Virus record (IMG/VR): IMGVR_UViG_3300005941_000003
Coordinates: 181,964-245,963 of that record
Length of the DNA: 64,000 nt
Direction: 5' to 3' (one strand)
Part shown: one piece after another, positions 28,654 through 37,852 of the stretch
How positions within the stretch are numbered: position 1 is the stretch's first letter
Layout: each line of letters opens with the position of its first letter
Notes under the pieces: model-generated
What the model saw: only the letters and a program-made list of their open reading frames with translations
The model's database searches: none
What the model was told of the DNA's origin: nothing
Made by a program: the position numbers and the translations under genes

Positions 28654-29994
28654 TTAATTTTTGTAGTAGGTGTACTCACCAAATGGTGGGATGATATGGT
28701 CGGAACCGTGAATAACAAACAGCGTATCGCAATACGCCTCATTGCCCCAAGACCCGAACGGATAACCATCTGTGAACATAACGAACTTGCTAGGGTTGAT
28801 ATCGTTTTCTTCCATGAAAGTCCAGTTACATTCAAAGTCAGTGCCACCACAGCCGATGATTTCGTATTCGCGAATTTCCTCAGCATTGAATGGGGTGAAC
28901 ACCTTAACTGATTCAGAGTAGACCTGAGTATCAAAAGTCCAAACAGTCAGTTTGAAACTTTGGAACTGTTGCATGATGCCGTAAATCTCACCCATGAAAT
29001 CTTTAATCATTTCGTGAGAGATAGAACCCGAAACGTCGATACCAATCGCAGCCTCAACCTCAACATCGTTGTCAAGACCCGGCAGATAGATACCCATAGT
29101 ACGGGACTTGCGAGATTGCCGCATCCAAGTGAAATCACTTTTCAGAACGCTTTGAATACTCAGATTGAGATATTCACGCCAGTCCATCTTTGGTTCGGTC
29201 ATCTCCTTAATGATACGCTTGATATCACCCGGCATGTTTCCAGCGCCTGCGGTTTGTGCAGCCTGTAGTACAGCCTGCTTCATTTGATCCTTAATCGCCT
29301 TTGCTTCTTCCTTCGAAATCTTGATAGGTGCCTTGCGACCAGTAGGATCGTTCTCGCCAGAACCTTGTCCGTCACCATCACCAAACAAGTGTTGGTCTAG
29401 AGTTTCCTTACCGCCGTGAGCATTGGGATTTTTCTTTTGCTCTTCCTTGAGGTCTGCATAGATTTCTTCAGTATACTTGTCGTAGTATTTACGATCATAC
29501 AGCGCCTGCTTTGGCATCTTACCAATACGTGCCTCGACACATGCTTGGTTGACTTTATAGTCAGCCGCGATGTTCCAGAGTTTGGGATCACGATTGCTAT
29601 CGTCAAAATCCATCAAACGACCACCTTCGCCGCAGTGTTCATACACGCAGTGCATAACCTCGTGACCAACCACGAAGTCAATTTCTTCGGGCGTTAGAGT
29701 ACGGAAGAAGTCTGGGTTGTAGTAGAAGTGTTTACCGTCTACCGCAGCAGTCGGACACCAACCACCAGTTTCAACCAGTTTCAGACGAGTAGCAAGAGTG
29801 CCGAAGAACGGATGCTTGATCAGCATACGAACACGACCAGATACAATCATCTCCTTAACTTGAAGATCAGTATAATCGAATTCTACAATATCGTCAGAGT
29901 CGGAATCGACCTCGATACCATTTTCTTTCAAGATATCATCAAGAACAGCGTTGAAATCGTCTTCTGTTTTGATAGTGTCAGGTTTGACTTGCAT
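28654..29994 (-). CDS. Metallopeptidase-VWA domain protein (DUF2201-like), MoxR partner
   Basis: HEVMH (HExxH), MIDAS DVSGS, GGTDF, FTDG; ATG 29994 after GAAAGGA RBS. Confidence 0.85.
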   Translation of the reverse strand: MQVKPDTIKTEDDFNAVLDDILKENGIEVDSDSDDIVEFDYTDLQVKEMIVSGRVRMLIKHPFFGTLATRLKLVETGGWCPTAAVDGKHFYYNPDFFRTLTPEEIDFVVGHEVMHCVYEHCGEGGRLMDFDDSNRDPKLWNIAADYKVNQACVEARIGKMPKQALYDRKYYDKYTEEIYADLKEEQKKNPNAHGGKETLDQHLFGDGDGQGSGENDPTGRKAPIKISKEEAKAIKDQMKQAVLQAAQTAGAGNMPGDIKRIIKEMTEPKMDWREYLNLSIQSVLKSDFTWMRQSRKSRTMGIYLPGLDNDVEVEAAIGIDVSGSISHEMIKDFMGEIYGIMQQFQSFKLTVWTFDTQVYSESVKVFTPFNAEEIREYEIIGCGGTDFECNWTFMEENDINPSKFVMFTDGYPFGSWGNEAYCDTLFVIHGSDHIIPPFGEYTYYKN

Positions 29995-30024
29995 ATGATT
30001 CGTCCTTTCAGTCATTACTCTATT

Positions 30025-30052
30025 AATATAGCAGAGGATGCGGATATGTCAA
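30025..30052 (-). promoter_or_regulatory. Early promoter TTGACA-N16-TATATT (no GANTC in spacer)
   Basis: TTGACATATCCGCATCCTCTGCTATATT followed by AATAGAGTA as in the other copies. Confidence 0.75.
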
Positions 30053-30056
30053 GAAT

Positions 30057-30689
30057 TTATTTTCCATCTGGTAATTCTGACCAATCTTCACGTGATATTA
30101 GTGGTTTGTTTTCCCAAGTATCAAAGTAACCCTCTTCCACTTCATAATAAAAAAAGTTTTGGTATGCCTTCTTCACTGGTTTATCAATGACCCTGATCAT
30201 AAGGTCACTGTCCTTCCAACCATCATTAGCAGCATGAAATGCATGTTTTGCCCACTTCCACCAATTCTTTTCACTCTTGCCTGTTCGCGATTGCATACTG
30301 ACAAAGTATAGTTTATAGTTGTTTACTTCCATAAGTGGCTCAGTCATGTGAATCCGAGCAGTTTTATTCAGGTGTACGATACCAGATACGGTTGGTTGAC
30401 GATATTCTGGGAACACCCATAACCTATTCAGTGTGCGGGCAACGTGTTGCGGCCATAGACCAGATGCCATCACACCGGACATCATTATTGGGCTATCATC
30501 GAACTTACTATAAACTACCGAATACCCTCTTTGGTCCGCAAGGTCCATATTTTTTTCGGTATAGTTGTCAACTAGCCAATTGTTTTTTTCTTGTAGGCAT
30601 ATAGAACGCACTCTTTCAAATTCAGGAGTGTTGTCCCAATATATTTCATGATAACAGTTTTCTGGTAAAATGTAATCTTGTTTTAACAT
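30057..30689 (-). CDS. Hypothetical protein (weak GNAT-like signature)
   Basis: AAGGAG RBS; RTLNRLWVFPEYR. Confidence 0.55.
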   Translation of the reverse strand: MLKQDYILPENCYHEIYWDNTPEFERVRSICLQEKNNWLVDNYTEKNMDLADQRGYSVVYSKFDDSPIMMSGVMASGLWPQHVARTLNRLWVFPEYRQPTVSGIVHLNKTARIHMTEPLMEVNNYKLYFVSMQSRTGKSEKNWWKWAKHAFHAANDGWKDSDLMIRVIDKPVKKAYQNFFYYEVEEGYFDTWENKPLISREDWSELPDGK

Positions 30690-30707
30690 TTTTACTCCTT
30701 TGATACT

Positions 30708-30747
30708 ATTATACTAAAAAAAGAGGGAGAAGTCAACGACCTCTCCC
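30708..30747 (-). terminator. MoxR terminator overlapping a TTGACT-N17-TATAAT promoter
   Basis: GGGAGAGGTC-GTT-GACTTCTCCC stem plus T-tract; -35 in the loop/stem, -10 at 30708-30713. Confidence 0.65.
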
Positions 30748-30777
30748 AAGTTCATAATCAACAGAAAGGATTTTTTA

Positions 30778-31905
30778 TTATGCGTTATGTGCTTCGATGA
30801 TCAGTTTGCCGTACTTTTTGAAGAATTCTTCAATGCACGGAACTTTACGCGGTTCAAGCGGAAGTTTGTAGACCTTCAGTGCAGTACGACCACCAAGAAC
30901 AGTCATTTCAGTTTCAAAGTTGTCCATCATGAAACGGAAGAAGTTGTCTGCCATCTTGTAGAGTTCGTCCATCTTTTCCTTACCGTTACGATCAACGAAG
31001 TCCTTGAGTTCGTAACACATAGAAGCGGTGAGCGAGAACATCGCAGAGATTTCTTTTGCTTCGCGAGGAAGAGTTTTGACTTTGCCGTTCAGAATGTCAG
31101 TCGGGTTAGGAAGTTTACCAGCAACCGCACGGTGTGCCATGAACTTGGTTGCGATACCATCGCCAACAGTACCTGCAATCAGGTCGTGTAGACGACTAAC
31201 AGAGATAGCCTCACCTTCCTGAGGAAGCATCTGCGAAACGAAAGTCCAAGAACGCGGCGTAGCGAATGAACGTGATGCAGTGCGCGGATCAAAGTTGAAC
31301 AAGTCCATCTTGTTCGAAGTCAGATAACCCACAACCTCAGCATCAATCTTGCTTTCAAGTGCCCAAGTCTGCCAATCTTCAAAGTCAACACCCATTTCAA
31401 GGTGAACAAAGCGGTTAGCAAGCGGTGACGGCATACGATACGCAACACCACGGTCGCTTTCACGGTTACCAGCAGCAACGATCAGGACGTTCTCAGGGAG
31501 ACGGTAGTTACCTAGACGACGGTTCAGAATTAGCTGATACGCAGCAGCTTGAACCGACTGCGGTGCTTGGTTCATTTCGTCCAAGAACAGAACAACACAA
31601 TCGAATTGATCAGCAAGTTCCTGAGTAGGAAGATCAGAGGGTGGAGCCCACTCCATGCGACCAGTAACTTCGTTGTAGAACGGAATACCGCGAAGATCAG
31701 TCGGTTCCATCAGAGCAAGACGCAGGTCGATCATATAACCGGCACGTTCTTGCGTGATGCTTTCGACAATCTCAGATTTACCGATACCGGGAGGACCCCA
31801 GATGAAGACAGGACGCTTGCGATTGAACGCATAGTTGATTTCAGCACGAACATCGCTCGGACGAACAACGCGAACATCCATATCCTGAGTAGAAACTTTT
31901 GCCAT
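30778..31905 (-). CDS. MoxR-family AAA+ ATPase
   Basis: Walker A GPPGIGKS, Walker B LFLDE, AAGNR, LANRF, TPRSW. Confidence 0.9.
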   Translation of the reverse strand: MAKVSTQDMDVRVVRPSDVRAEINYAFNRKRPVFIWGPPGIGKSEIVESITQERAGYMIDLRLALMEPTDLRGIPFYNEVTGRMEWAPPSDLPTQELADQFDCVVLFLDEMNQAPQSVQAAAYQLILNRRLGNYRLPENVLIVAAGNRESDRGVAYRMPSPLANRFVHLEMGVDFEDWQTWALESKIDAEVVGYLTSNKMDLFNFDPRTASRSFATPRSWTFVSQMLPQEGEAISVSRLHDLIAGTVGDGIATKFMAHRAVAGKLPNPTDILNGKVKTLPREAKEISAMFSLTASMCYELKDFVDRNGKEKMDELYKMADNFFRFMMDNFETEMTVLGGRTALKVYKLPLEPRKVPCIEEFFKKYGKLIIEAHNA

Positions 31906-31949
31906 TGTAGAGAACCTTTCTTTCTGTTTGTCTCTGTGATCACTTAACT

Positions 31950-31978
31950 GTTATACTGTGATTCGTTGATTCTGTCAA
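31950..31978 (-). promoter_or_regulatory. Early promoter with two GANTC sites
   Basis: TTGACAGAATCAACGAATCACAGTATAAC. Confidence 0.8.
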
Positions 31979-32211
31979 GAAGTTTTTTTGTTCAAGTAAG
32001 CCCAAACTTGCTCAAGAACTTCGGTGTCATATGCTTCACTGAAAGCGTTGACAGCTTGAAGTCGATCAAGTTCAAGTTCAATCTGTTTGAATGCATGTTC
32101 AACATTCACGGTGTTGATGAAACGGACGTTGTTATCAACGATGCGAGTAACAGCAGCGTTACCAGCAGCAGTGAACATTCCGAAATCTTGGGCTTCAACT
32201 TGAATTGTCAT
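31975..32211 (-). CDS. Small early hypothetical protein
   Basis: 78-aa ORF behind the repeated promoter. Confidence 0.65.
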   Translation of the reverse strand: MTIQVEAQDFGMFTAAGNAAVTRIVDNNVRFINTVNVEHAFKQIELELDRLQAVNAFSEAYDTEVLEQVWAYLNKKTS

Positions 32212-32240
32212 GTTTTCTTCTCTCTCTTGACTACTCTATT

Positions 32241-32268
32241 AATATAGCATGATTCGCTGTATTGTCAA
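32241..32268 (-). promoter_or_regulatory. Early promoter (repeat copy) with GANTC
   Basis: TTGACAATACAGCGAATCATGCTATATT. Confidence 0.8.
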
Positions 32269-32307
32269 GTTTTATCGCAACTAAATAGTGGCGTAGGAGT
32301 AAATTTA

Positions 32308-33246
32308 ATGAAAGAAAAATATCAATTCGAACGTCTAATAAAGAAACCGTGGCCATTTGGTAATACTCTTGTGAGATATGGTGCTGTTACACTAAATCAG
32401 TGGGAACCTGGGCCGATACCATATACATCACCTGATGATGTTGAACGATATAAAAAAAATGTAGATTTTTTAGTATCAAGGAACATAGGAGATTGGAGAT
32501 GGTTATCTGAACCTATTGAATATCATTATAACAATTACAATTTTAGACATCCAGTTGATTTTGATGATGATTTTGATTGGAGTACCAAGACCGTGTTCTT
32601 GGGGTGTTCGTATGTTGAGGGATGTGGTAACAAGTATGAAGAAACCATACCCAGCTATTATGGTTCGCTTACTGGAGAGAATATTGTGAACATGGGATTT
32701 AATTCTGCTAGTAATGACGCCATATTCTATAATGCGTTGTGGTTAGCAGATAAAAAACCAAAGAAAATAATTGTACTTTGGACATACTATGAACGTTTCA
32801 TGCATTTACACAAAATGAATGTTGGTGAAAACATATATGAGGATGTGACCCATTTCACTTCTGCTGTTTTAATTGGAGATGATGATTCTCATATATATAA
32901 CAAATTCTATACACCGGAACGTATGCTTGACAATTCACACAACCGTATACTAAAAGCAATAAACCAGAATGCATTGAGTGCGATATTTGGTGATAGTATA
33001 CATTTTTTTGATATTTTAGATCCGGAATTTTTCAACTTAGATGCATTTACATTATTACACACAAAAGACCAATTAGTAAAAGAGCTAACTGATGCCGGTG
33101 TACCTACGATGGAAATAGTCAATAAAGTGTACGCCAGAGATATATATGACATGGATCCGCCTGATATAAATCTATACGGTGGTCATATGGGACCTCTGGT
33201 AAACGAAACCGTTGCAAAACATATTATAGATGAAATCAATCGTTGA
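32308..33246 (+). CDS. SGNH-hydrolase-like hypothetical protein
   Basis: FLGCSYVEG, NMG..SASN, C-terminal GHMGP. Confidence 0.55.
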   Translation: MKEKYQFERLIKKPWPFGNTLVRYGAVTLNQWEPGPIPYTSPDDVERYKKNVDFLVSRNIGDWRWLSEPIEYHYNNYNFRHPVDFDDDFDWSTKTVFLGCSYVEGCGNKYEETIPSYYGSLTGENIVNMGFNSASNDAIFYNALWLADKKPKKIIVLWTYYERFMHLHKMNVGENIYEDVTHFTSAVLIGDDDSHIYNKFYTPERMLDNSHNRILKAINQNALSAIFGDSIHFFDILDPEFFNLDAFTLLHTKDQLVKELTDAGVPTMEIVNKVYARDIYDMDPPDINLYGGHMGPLVNETVAKHIIDEINR

Positions 33247-33604
33247 AACTTTTTAAGTCAACCCACGCGTCAAAATCTGAATCTAACAAAATAAATTCAC
33301 TTGCTATGGATTGTTCGAAAAGATAAAGAGTTCCACTACTGTGCAAATAGTATGGGCTGTACATGTATCGATCAAGTTGTAGCACTTGTTTATTGGATAC
33401 TTTACCTTGCTTACACGAAAGATTTAGTTTATAAACATCGAAATGCTTAGAAAGTAAATCTTTCCCAAATACTGTAACTCTGAAATGTTTTTCAGCATTT
33501 ACGCCGGAGATAAAAACATCGTTAATTCGAATGTCTTTTCTTCCGGCATATTTGCCAGTGTTGTGATCATTTAGATATTTTATGATATCATGTTTATTCA
33601 TCAA
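33236..33604 (-). CDS. Hypothetical protein
   Basis: 122-aa ORF overlapping the upstream gene end. Confidence 0.6.
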   Translation of the reverse strand: MMNKHDIIKYLNDHNTGKYAGRKDIRINDVFISGVNAEKHFRVTVFGKDLLSKHFDVYKLNLSCKQGKVSNKQVLQLDRYMYSPYYLHSSGTLYLFEQSIASEFILLDSDFDAWVDLKSFND

Positions 33605-33896
33605 ACTCGTCTAAATCTATCTTCTCGCCTTGGGTGAGAACATATACCTCGAACTTATCTGACTTAAATAACTTGTTAAGTCGCTGTGCAAGATTGATTG
33701 CATGGCCAGGGTTACTGAAGGATACTTTCTTATACTTAGGTCCTGGGAAGTTAACGAGGGAGTTTAAACTACGGAGGTTGATTGGCTCTCCATCAAAGAA
33801 AACCGCATAAATTGCTTCTGCCTTCAATACTTGCTCACTTCTGTAGCTTTTGTTATCTGTATGTTCAAGCAGAACTATTGGTTTGGGTCTTGCCAT
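33594..33896 (-). CDS. Conserved-looking phage hypothetical protein
   Basis: GAGGA RBS; PGPKYKKVSFSNPGHAINLA core. Confidence 0.7.
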   Translation of the reverse strand: MARPKPIVLLEHTDNKSYRSEQVLKAEAIYAVFFDGEPINLRSLNSLVNFPGPKYKKVSFSNPGHAINLAQRLNKLFKSDKFEVYVLTQGEKIDLDEFDE

Positions 33897-33985
33897 TGTG
33901 TCATCCTCGTATTACATCAATAGCGACTGTCATTTCTAACAATCGCTATCAGTATTTATCAAATATGTATTTTAATACGTAGTTA

Positions 33986-35014
33986 TTACACGTTATCCGC
34001 TTCATCTAAAACGCGATTAAATTCACGTAGACGTTTGACAACTGATTGGAAGTCAACGATTGTTGTCCAACGATCAATAAAGTATGTTAGTGAACCTTCT
34101 ACTCGTCCGAATGCATTTAGAACTTGAATAAGAACACCAAATGTGATTAACTGTGCAAAGTAACTATTTGCTAGTACTACTAGCGCAACGTTACCAGCAA
34201 GCATACCGAACGCTGTTTGCCATACGCTAAAGCCCATGTACCAGTTGAATAGACGATAGTAGTTACGTTTAACGGCTGCAAACATTGGGAACAAGTCTGA
34301 GGTCATACGCTCATTTAAATCGTCTTCGCTGTGTACTAGTTTCTTACGAAACTTTGCTTCGACTACTTGGTTGTTATATTCCAATCCTGGGAGTTTCAAA
34401 CCTAATAAGAATGAAAGTAGTGTACCACCGATACTTAGGGTAAGTGCAATCCATACTAAGAAGCCTGGGATAATCTTGTCGCCCCACACTGGTAAGCCTT
34501 CACTTAGATTCCATAGAATTGGTAAGAATGCTGCGAGTACGAAAATCTTCGATACAAAGCCAGTGAATAGACCCTGTAGCGTCTTGCCGAAAATCATCAA
34601 GTCTTCTTGAATACGCTGTGAACCACCTTCGATTGTAGCAGTTGATGCTTCCCAACGCTTCAAGTAATAATGAGTATTAGCTTCACGCCATGCAAATGTG
34701 TAACGCTGTGTTTGCCATGTTGAGTATGTCGCAATTGGAACGTAGATGATTAGAATTTCTAAGAAACTTGGAACAAGATTTCCAGAATCCATGTTCAATG
34801 ATGCGAAATCTATTAGTCTCGCAAAATTAAATCCCCAAAACAAATCCCAAAACTTTTCTTCTTGGAGAGTTTGCATTGCGTCATAGAAATCTCTGTTCCA
34901 CGCGTTGTAGTATACTAGAATTTGAACTGAATACCAACCTATGAATAGCAACCACGCCAACATTAGCCAAGCATACAGAAATTTATCTTTTGTCAAAAAG
35001 AAACTTTTGAGCAT
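33986..35014 (-). CDS. sbmA: SbmA/BacA-family peptide transporter
   Basis: Multi-TM; IEGGSQRIQED, LPGLEYNNQVVEAKFRKKLV..ED, NYYRLF, NAFGRV, W.TIV...KRLREF. Confidence 0.85.
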   Translation of the reverse strand: MLKSFFLTKDKFLYAWLMLAWLLFIGWYSVQILVYYNAWNRDFYDAMQTLQEEKFWDLFWGFNFARLIDFASLNMDSGNLVPSFLEILIIYVPIATYSTWQTQRYTFAWREANTHYYLKRWEASTATIEGGSQRIQEDLMIFGKTLQGLFTGFVSKIFVLAAFLPILWNLSEGLPVWGDKIIPGFLVWIALTLSIGGTLLSFLLGLKLPGLEYNNQVVEAKFRKKLVHSEDDLNERMTSDLFPMFAAVKRNYYRLFNWYMGFSVWQTAFGMLAGNVALVVLANSYFAQLITFGVLIQVLNAFGRVEGSLTYFIDRWTTIVDFQSVVKRLREFNRVLDEADNV

Positions 35015-35033
35015 AGTTTAGGCCTCCTTCGCT

Positions 35034-35915
35034 TTATAAACCTCCTTCGAGGTTTGTGCCTGAATATCCCCAAAAATTCTTATAGTGTGTTGCTATGCTG
35101 ATTAGACCTGGTTTTATGTTAAAGTCATTTGGTTGTAACCAATACATTGCGGCGTTGGGGATTTGAATGAATAGTTTTCTAACTTCTGGATCTTCTACGC
35201 CCAAATCTTGTAATAGTGTTAGTAGATTTGCTGCGGTACGTAGCGTTGATGATTCTACTTGTGTAGGATGCATACGTACAATTTGATCCGCTGGTGTGCC
35301 AGGTCCGTGAATACCGAAATAAACATCACCTATTAGATAACGAGTGTCTCCTCCTAGGAAAATAAGACCACATGCAGATGCGCACATTACTTTACCATCG
35401 AAACTTTCGTTTACTTTGGCAGTTGCGACACCCGGTGTGTATACTACATCCCCATCCTCGTTTAGTACTGGCGTATTTCTTACAACAGTTACAACATTGC
35501 GTAGCTTTACGTGTGCTGCGATGCATGAACCTTCTGCTAGATTGCCGCCCGGACTTTCAAGTATTAGTGTAAATGCTTCTGGCATCTGTGGGACTATCTT
35601 ATTGCAGTCTCCATCTTGAATACCACCAGTTAGTGAATATAAATTGTCACCTAGCTTTGTGAAAGTTACGCCTTCAACCTCTGCGGCTTCACCTTCTTTC
35701 GGGGAATTTAACTCTTTATACATTTCCAGATATTGATTGTAATATATACGAGTTTGATTCCAACCTAGCACAATCACAAGTACTACTAGTACGATCTTCA
35801 TTGGACTAGAAATGATATTTTGTATCAGTCTAACTAAGAAGTTTCCTTTGATCGATTCATAAATGAATTGAATTGCTATTTTTACGTACTGTATTGCCTT
35901 TGTAATTAGTGACAT
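35034..35915 (-). CDS. Membrane-anchored ClpP/crotonase-like (COG3904-like) protein
   Basis: N-terminal TM; LESPGGNL, CASACGLIFLGG, GIH. Confidence 0.65.
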   Translation of the reverse strand: MSLITKAIQYVKIAIQFIYESIKGNFLVRLIQNIISSPMKIVLVVLVIVLGWNQTRIYYNQYLEMYKELNSPKEGEAAEVEGVTFTKLGDNLYSLTGGIQDGDCNKIVPQMPEAFTLILESPGGNLAEGSCIAAHVKLRNVVTVVRNTPVLNEDGDVVYTPGVATAKVNESFDGKVMCASACGLIFLGGDTRYLIGDVYFGIHGPGTPADQIVRMHPTQVESSTLRTAANLLTLLQDLGVEDPEVRKLFIQIPNAAMYWLQPNDFNIKPGLISIATHYKNFWGYSGTNLEGGL

Positions 35916-35971
35916 AACGTCTTCTCCTAAGCATATTCTATATTTATGCTTTTTAGAGTTTTATACGAATA

Positions 35972-36256
35972 TTAATTTTGTTCCCACCAGTTTTGAGCAG
36001 GTTCTTGTTGCTGTTGCGCTTGAGCCGCTGCCATAGCTGCTTGGAAATCTTCTTTCGTCATACACTCTGTTGTTTTGTATAGTTTGTATTCAATGCTTAC
36101 TGGGTATCCATCTGGCACTGCCTCATATTGTGCATACTGTTGGCATGTTTCCATGTTTGGATATGGAATGAACTGATACAGTGGATTACCAAGTGGTACA
36201 TTGAATGCGCTGATGATAAAATGTCCTACGATTAGAACTGCGCCATAATCAATCAT
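35972..36256 (-). CDS. Hypothetical protein (signal/TM at N-terminus)
   Basis: GGAGG RBS; overlaps upstream stop. Confidence 0.6.
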   Translation of the reverse strand: MIDYGAVLIVGHFIISAFNVPLGNPLYQFIPYPNMETCQQYAQYEAVPDGYPVSIEYKLYKTTECMTKEDFQAAMAAAQAQQQQEPAQNWWEQN

Positions 36257-36444
36257 TTGAATTTACCTCCGTCAAATATAGTGATTGTAGATGATTTGTC
36301 TGCTTCCTTCAATTCAAGTAAAAGCATACTTATTTCTGTTTGCAACTCTTGTGCATCAGCAATTGGGATACGCACATGCTGTTCTTTTTTGATGGTAGAG
36401 TTGCGTACGGTTGCAAAAAAATCTTTGATCTTTTTAAACTTCAT
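36253..36444 (-). CDS. Small hypothetical protein
   Basis: 63-aa ORF in overlapping series. Confidence 0.6.
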   Translation of the reverse strand: MKFKKIKDFFATVRNSTIKKEQHVRIPIADAQELQTEISMLLLELKEADKSSTITIFDGGKFK

Positions 36445-36925
36445 CTTGTTTAGACCTCTTTAGGATTTCTGCTTCTAGTTGAGTTTTAGACTTGAATGGT
36501 CCTATATATTCGTATGTGCTTAATGTTTCTTGTTTCACACAGTACGCATTTTTCCAACCCGCACCAGGGAAGTGCAAGCCGTAGTAACCTGCTGCATAAA
36601 GAACATTACTCTTTTCTGTTTTCGTGTATACTGGAATATTGTTCTCTAGACGTTTGTTGAATGCACGATGTTTGCAAGGATAACCTTCAACCTCGTCTAA
36701 ATCTTTTCCATATTCTACTGCTTCGATTTTTTTGATTTGTTTTGATTCCAGAATTTTACTTCCAAACTTTGAAGTTAACGCACTAAGAGATAGTAGCTCG
36801 ACTACCAGTGCATCATTAGTGATTACCTCAAAGTTAGAAGAACTTGCTCTACGAATAGTACCAAGTTTTACGCCTGCATCTTCTACAATCCAAAATTTAT
36901 CTTTTATGATTTCAATTGTATACAT
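36434..36925 (-). CDS. Hypothetical phage protein
   Basis: Start MYTIEII at 36925; PVYTKTEKS..YAAGYY..YIGPFK. Confidence 0.65.
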   Translation of the reverse strand: MYTIEIIKDKFWIVEDAGVKLGTIRRASSSNFEVITNDALVVELLSLSALTSKFGSKILESKQIKKIEAVEYGKDLDEVEGYPCKHRAFNKRLENNIPVYTKTEKSNVLYAAGYYGLHFPGAGWKNAYCVKQETLSTYEYIGPFKSKTQLEAEILKRSKQDEV

Positions 36926-37638
36926 ATGTTTTTTAAATATTCCCACGTATCTTCCCAAGATTTGACGGAATATACATGTCCCTTATCTAGTGCGCGAACT
37001 GTTTGAGAAATGTCATAATCATTTCCGCCCGGTTGCGTCTTGTCACCAAAGAAATATATGTTATTGTTTGTATCAAAATCTTTGATGATTTGCTGCTTAC
37101 CTTTACCTATGGGCATAATATCCATACCAGTTTCTCCTGCAACTTGTGATTCTACATTGTGTTGTTTAGAGAAATTGAGATTAAATTCGTTTGATATGAA
37201 CCAGCGTTCTTTGTTTGCCGTATCCCATTCAACGTATTTTTTACGTTCTTCTGGTGTTGCTTTCCTGCCAACAATAGAAAAGTTCACTAAGCCCGGTCTG
37301 ACATCGAAATGCCAACCTGTGCGTGGTCGAAACTGTGAACGCATCAATACACTTTCGAGATACTTCCAAGGGCGCTCTGGTAATTCCCAGTCATTATTAT
37401 ATATGTTTACACCCTTTTCCCATACACTGTTTCCGCTGCAATTATATGATCTTGCAACAGAATTGAAAAGTTCTTCGCCAACTTGTTCAATGGTTTTTGG
37501 TGCATCGCTGCCAGTCGCAAGATACACATCATGCTCTTTAGAAAAGTTTAATAGCCATTCTTTGAATTCGTCGTTGATAGTACCTCTACTAGGAGTCAAG
37601 GTACCATCAACATCAAAGATAAATTTATGCACGGTCAT
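36904..37638 (-). CDS. HAD-IIB phosphomannomutase-like enzyme (eukaryotic PMM type)
   Basis: FDVDGTLT, NFSIVGR, FFGDKTQPGGNDY. Confidence 0.85.
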   Translation of the reverse strand: MTVHKFIFDVDGTLTPSRGTINDEFKEWLLNFSKEHDVYLATGSDAPKTIEQVGEELFNSVARSYNCSGNSVWEKGVNIYNNDWELPERPWKYLESVLMRSQFRPRTGWHFDVRPGLVNFSIVGRKATPEERKKYVEWDTANKERWFISNEFNLNFSKQHNVESQVAGETGMDIMPIGKGKQQIIKDFDTNNNIYFFGDKTQPGGNDYDISQTVRALDKGHVYSVKSWEDTWEYLKNICIQLKS

Positions 37639-37852
37639 TATATCTGAAATTGAGGCTCTGCGAATTCCGTATTGCCTGATTTTCTATGCTCACTGTGCTG
37701 CGAACTGAATCAATTCTTTGGTTCAATGCAGCAAGTTCTTTTCTTAATTCTACGATTTCTTCTGCGAGAGTTGTAACTGTTTCTGAAATAGAATTGGTTG
37801 CAACTTGCAATTGAATAATTTGCGATGCTAGATTTTGATATTCGTCATTCAT
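37625..37852 (-). CDS. Coiled-coil hypothetical protein
   Basis: Heptad-rich 75 aa; overlaps neighbours. Confidence 0.55.
   Translation of the reverse strand: MNDEYQNLASQIIQLQVATNSISETVTTLAEEIVELRKELAALNQRIDSVRSTVSIENQAIRNSQSLNFRYNDRA

Noticed and set aside
37040-37708. 222-aa plus-strand ORF, and similar antisense or overlapping ORFs at 24679, 51643 and elsewhere
   Set aside because: Shadow frames of well-supported genes, with no motifs or RBS
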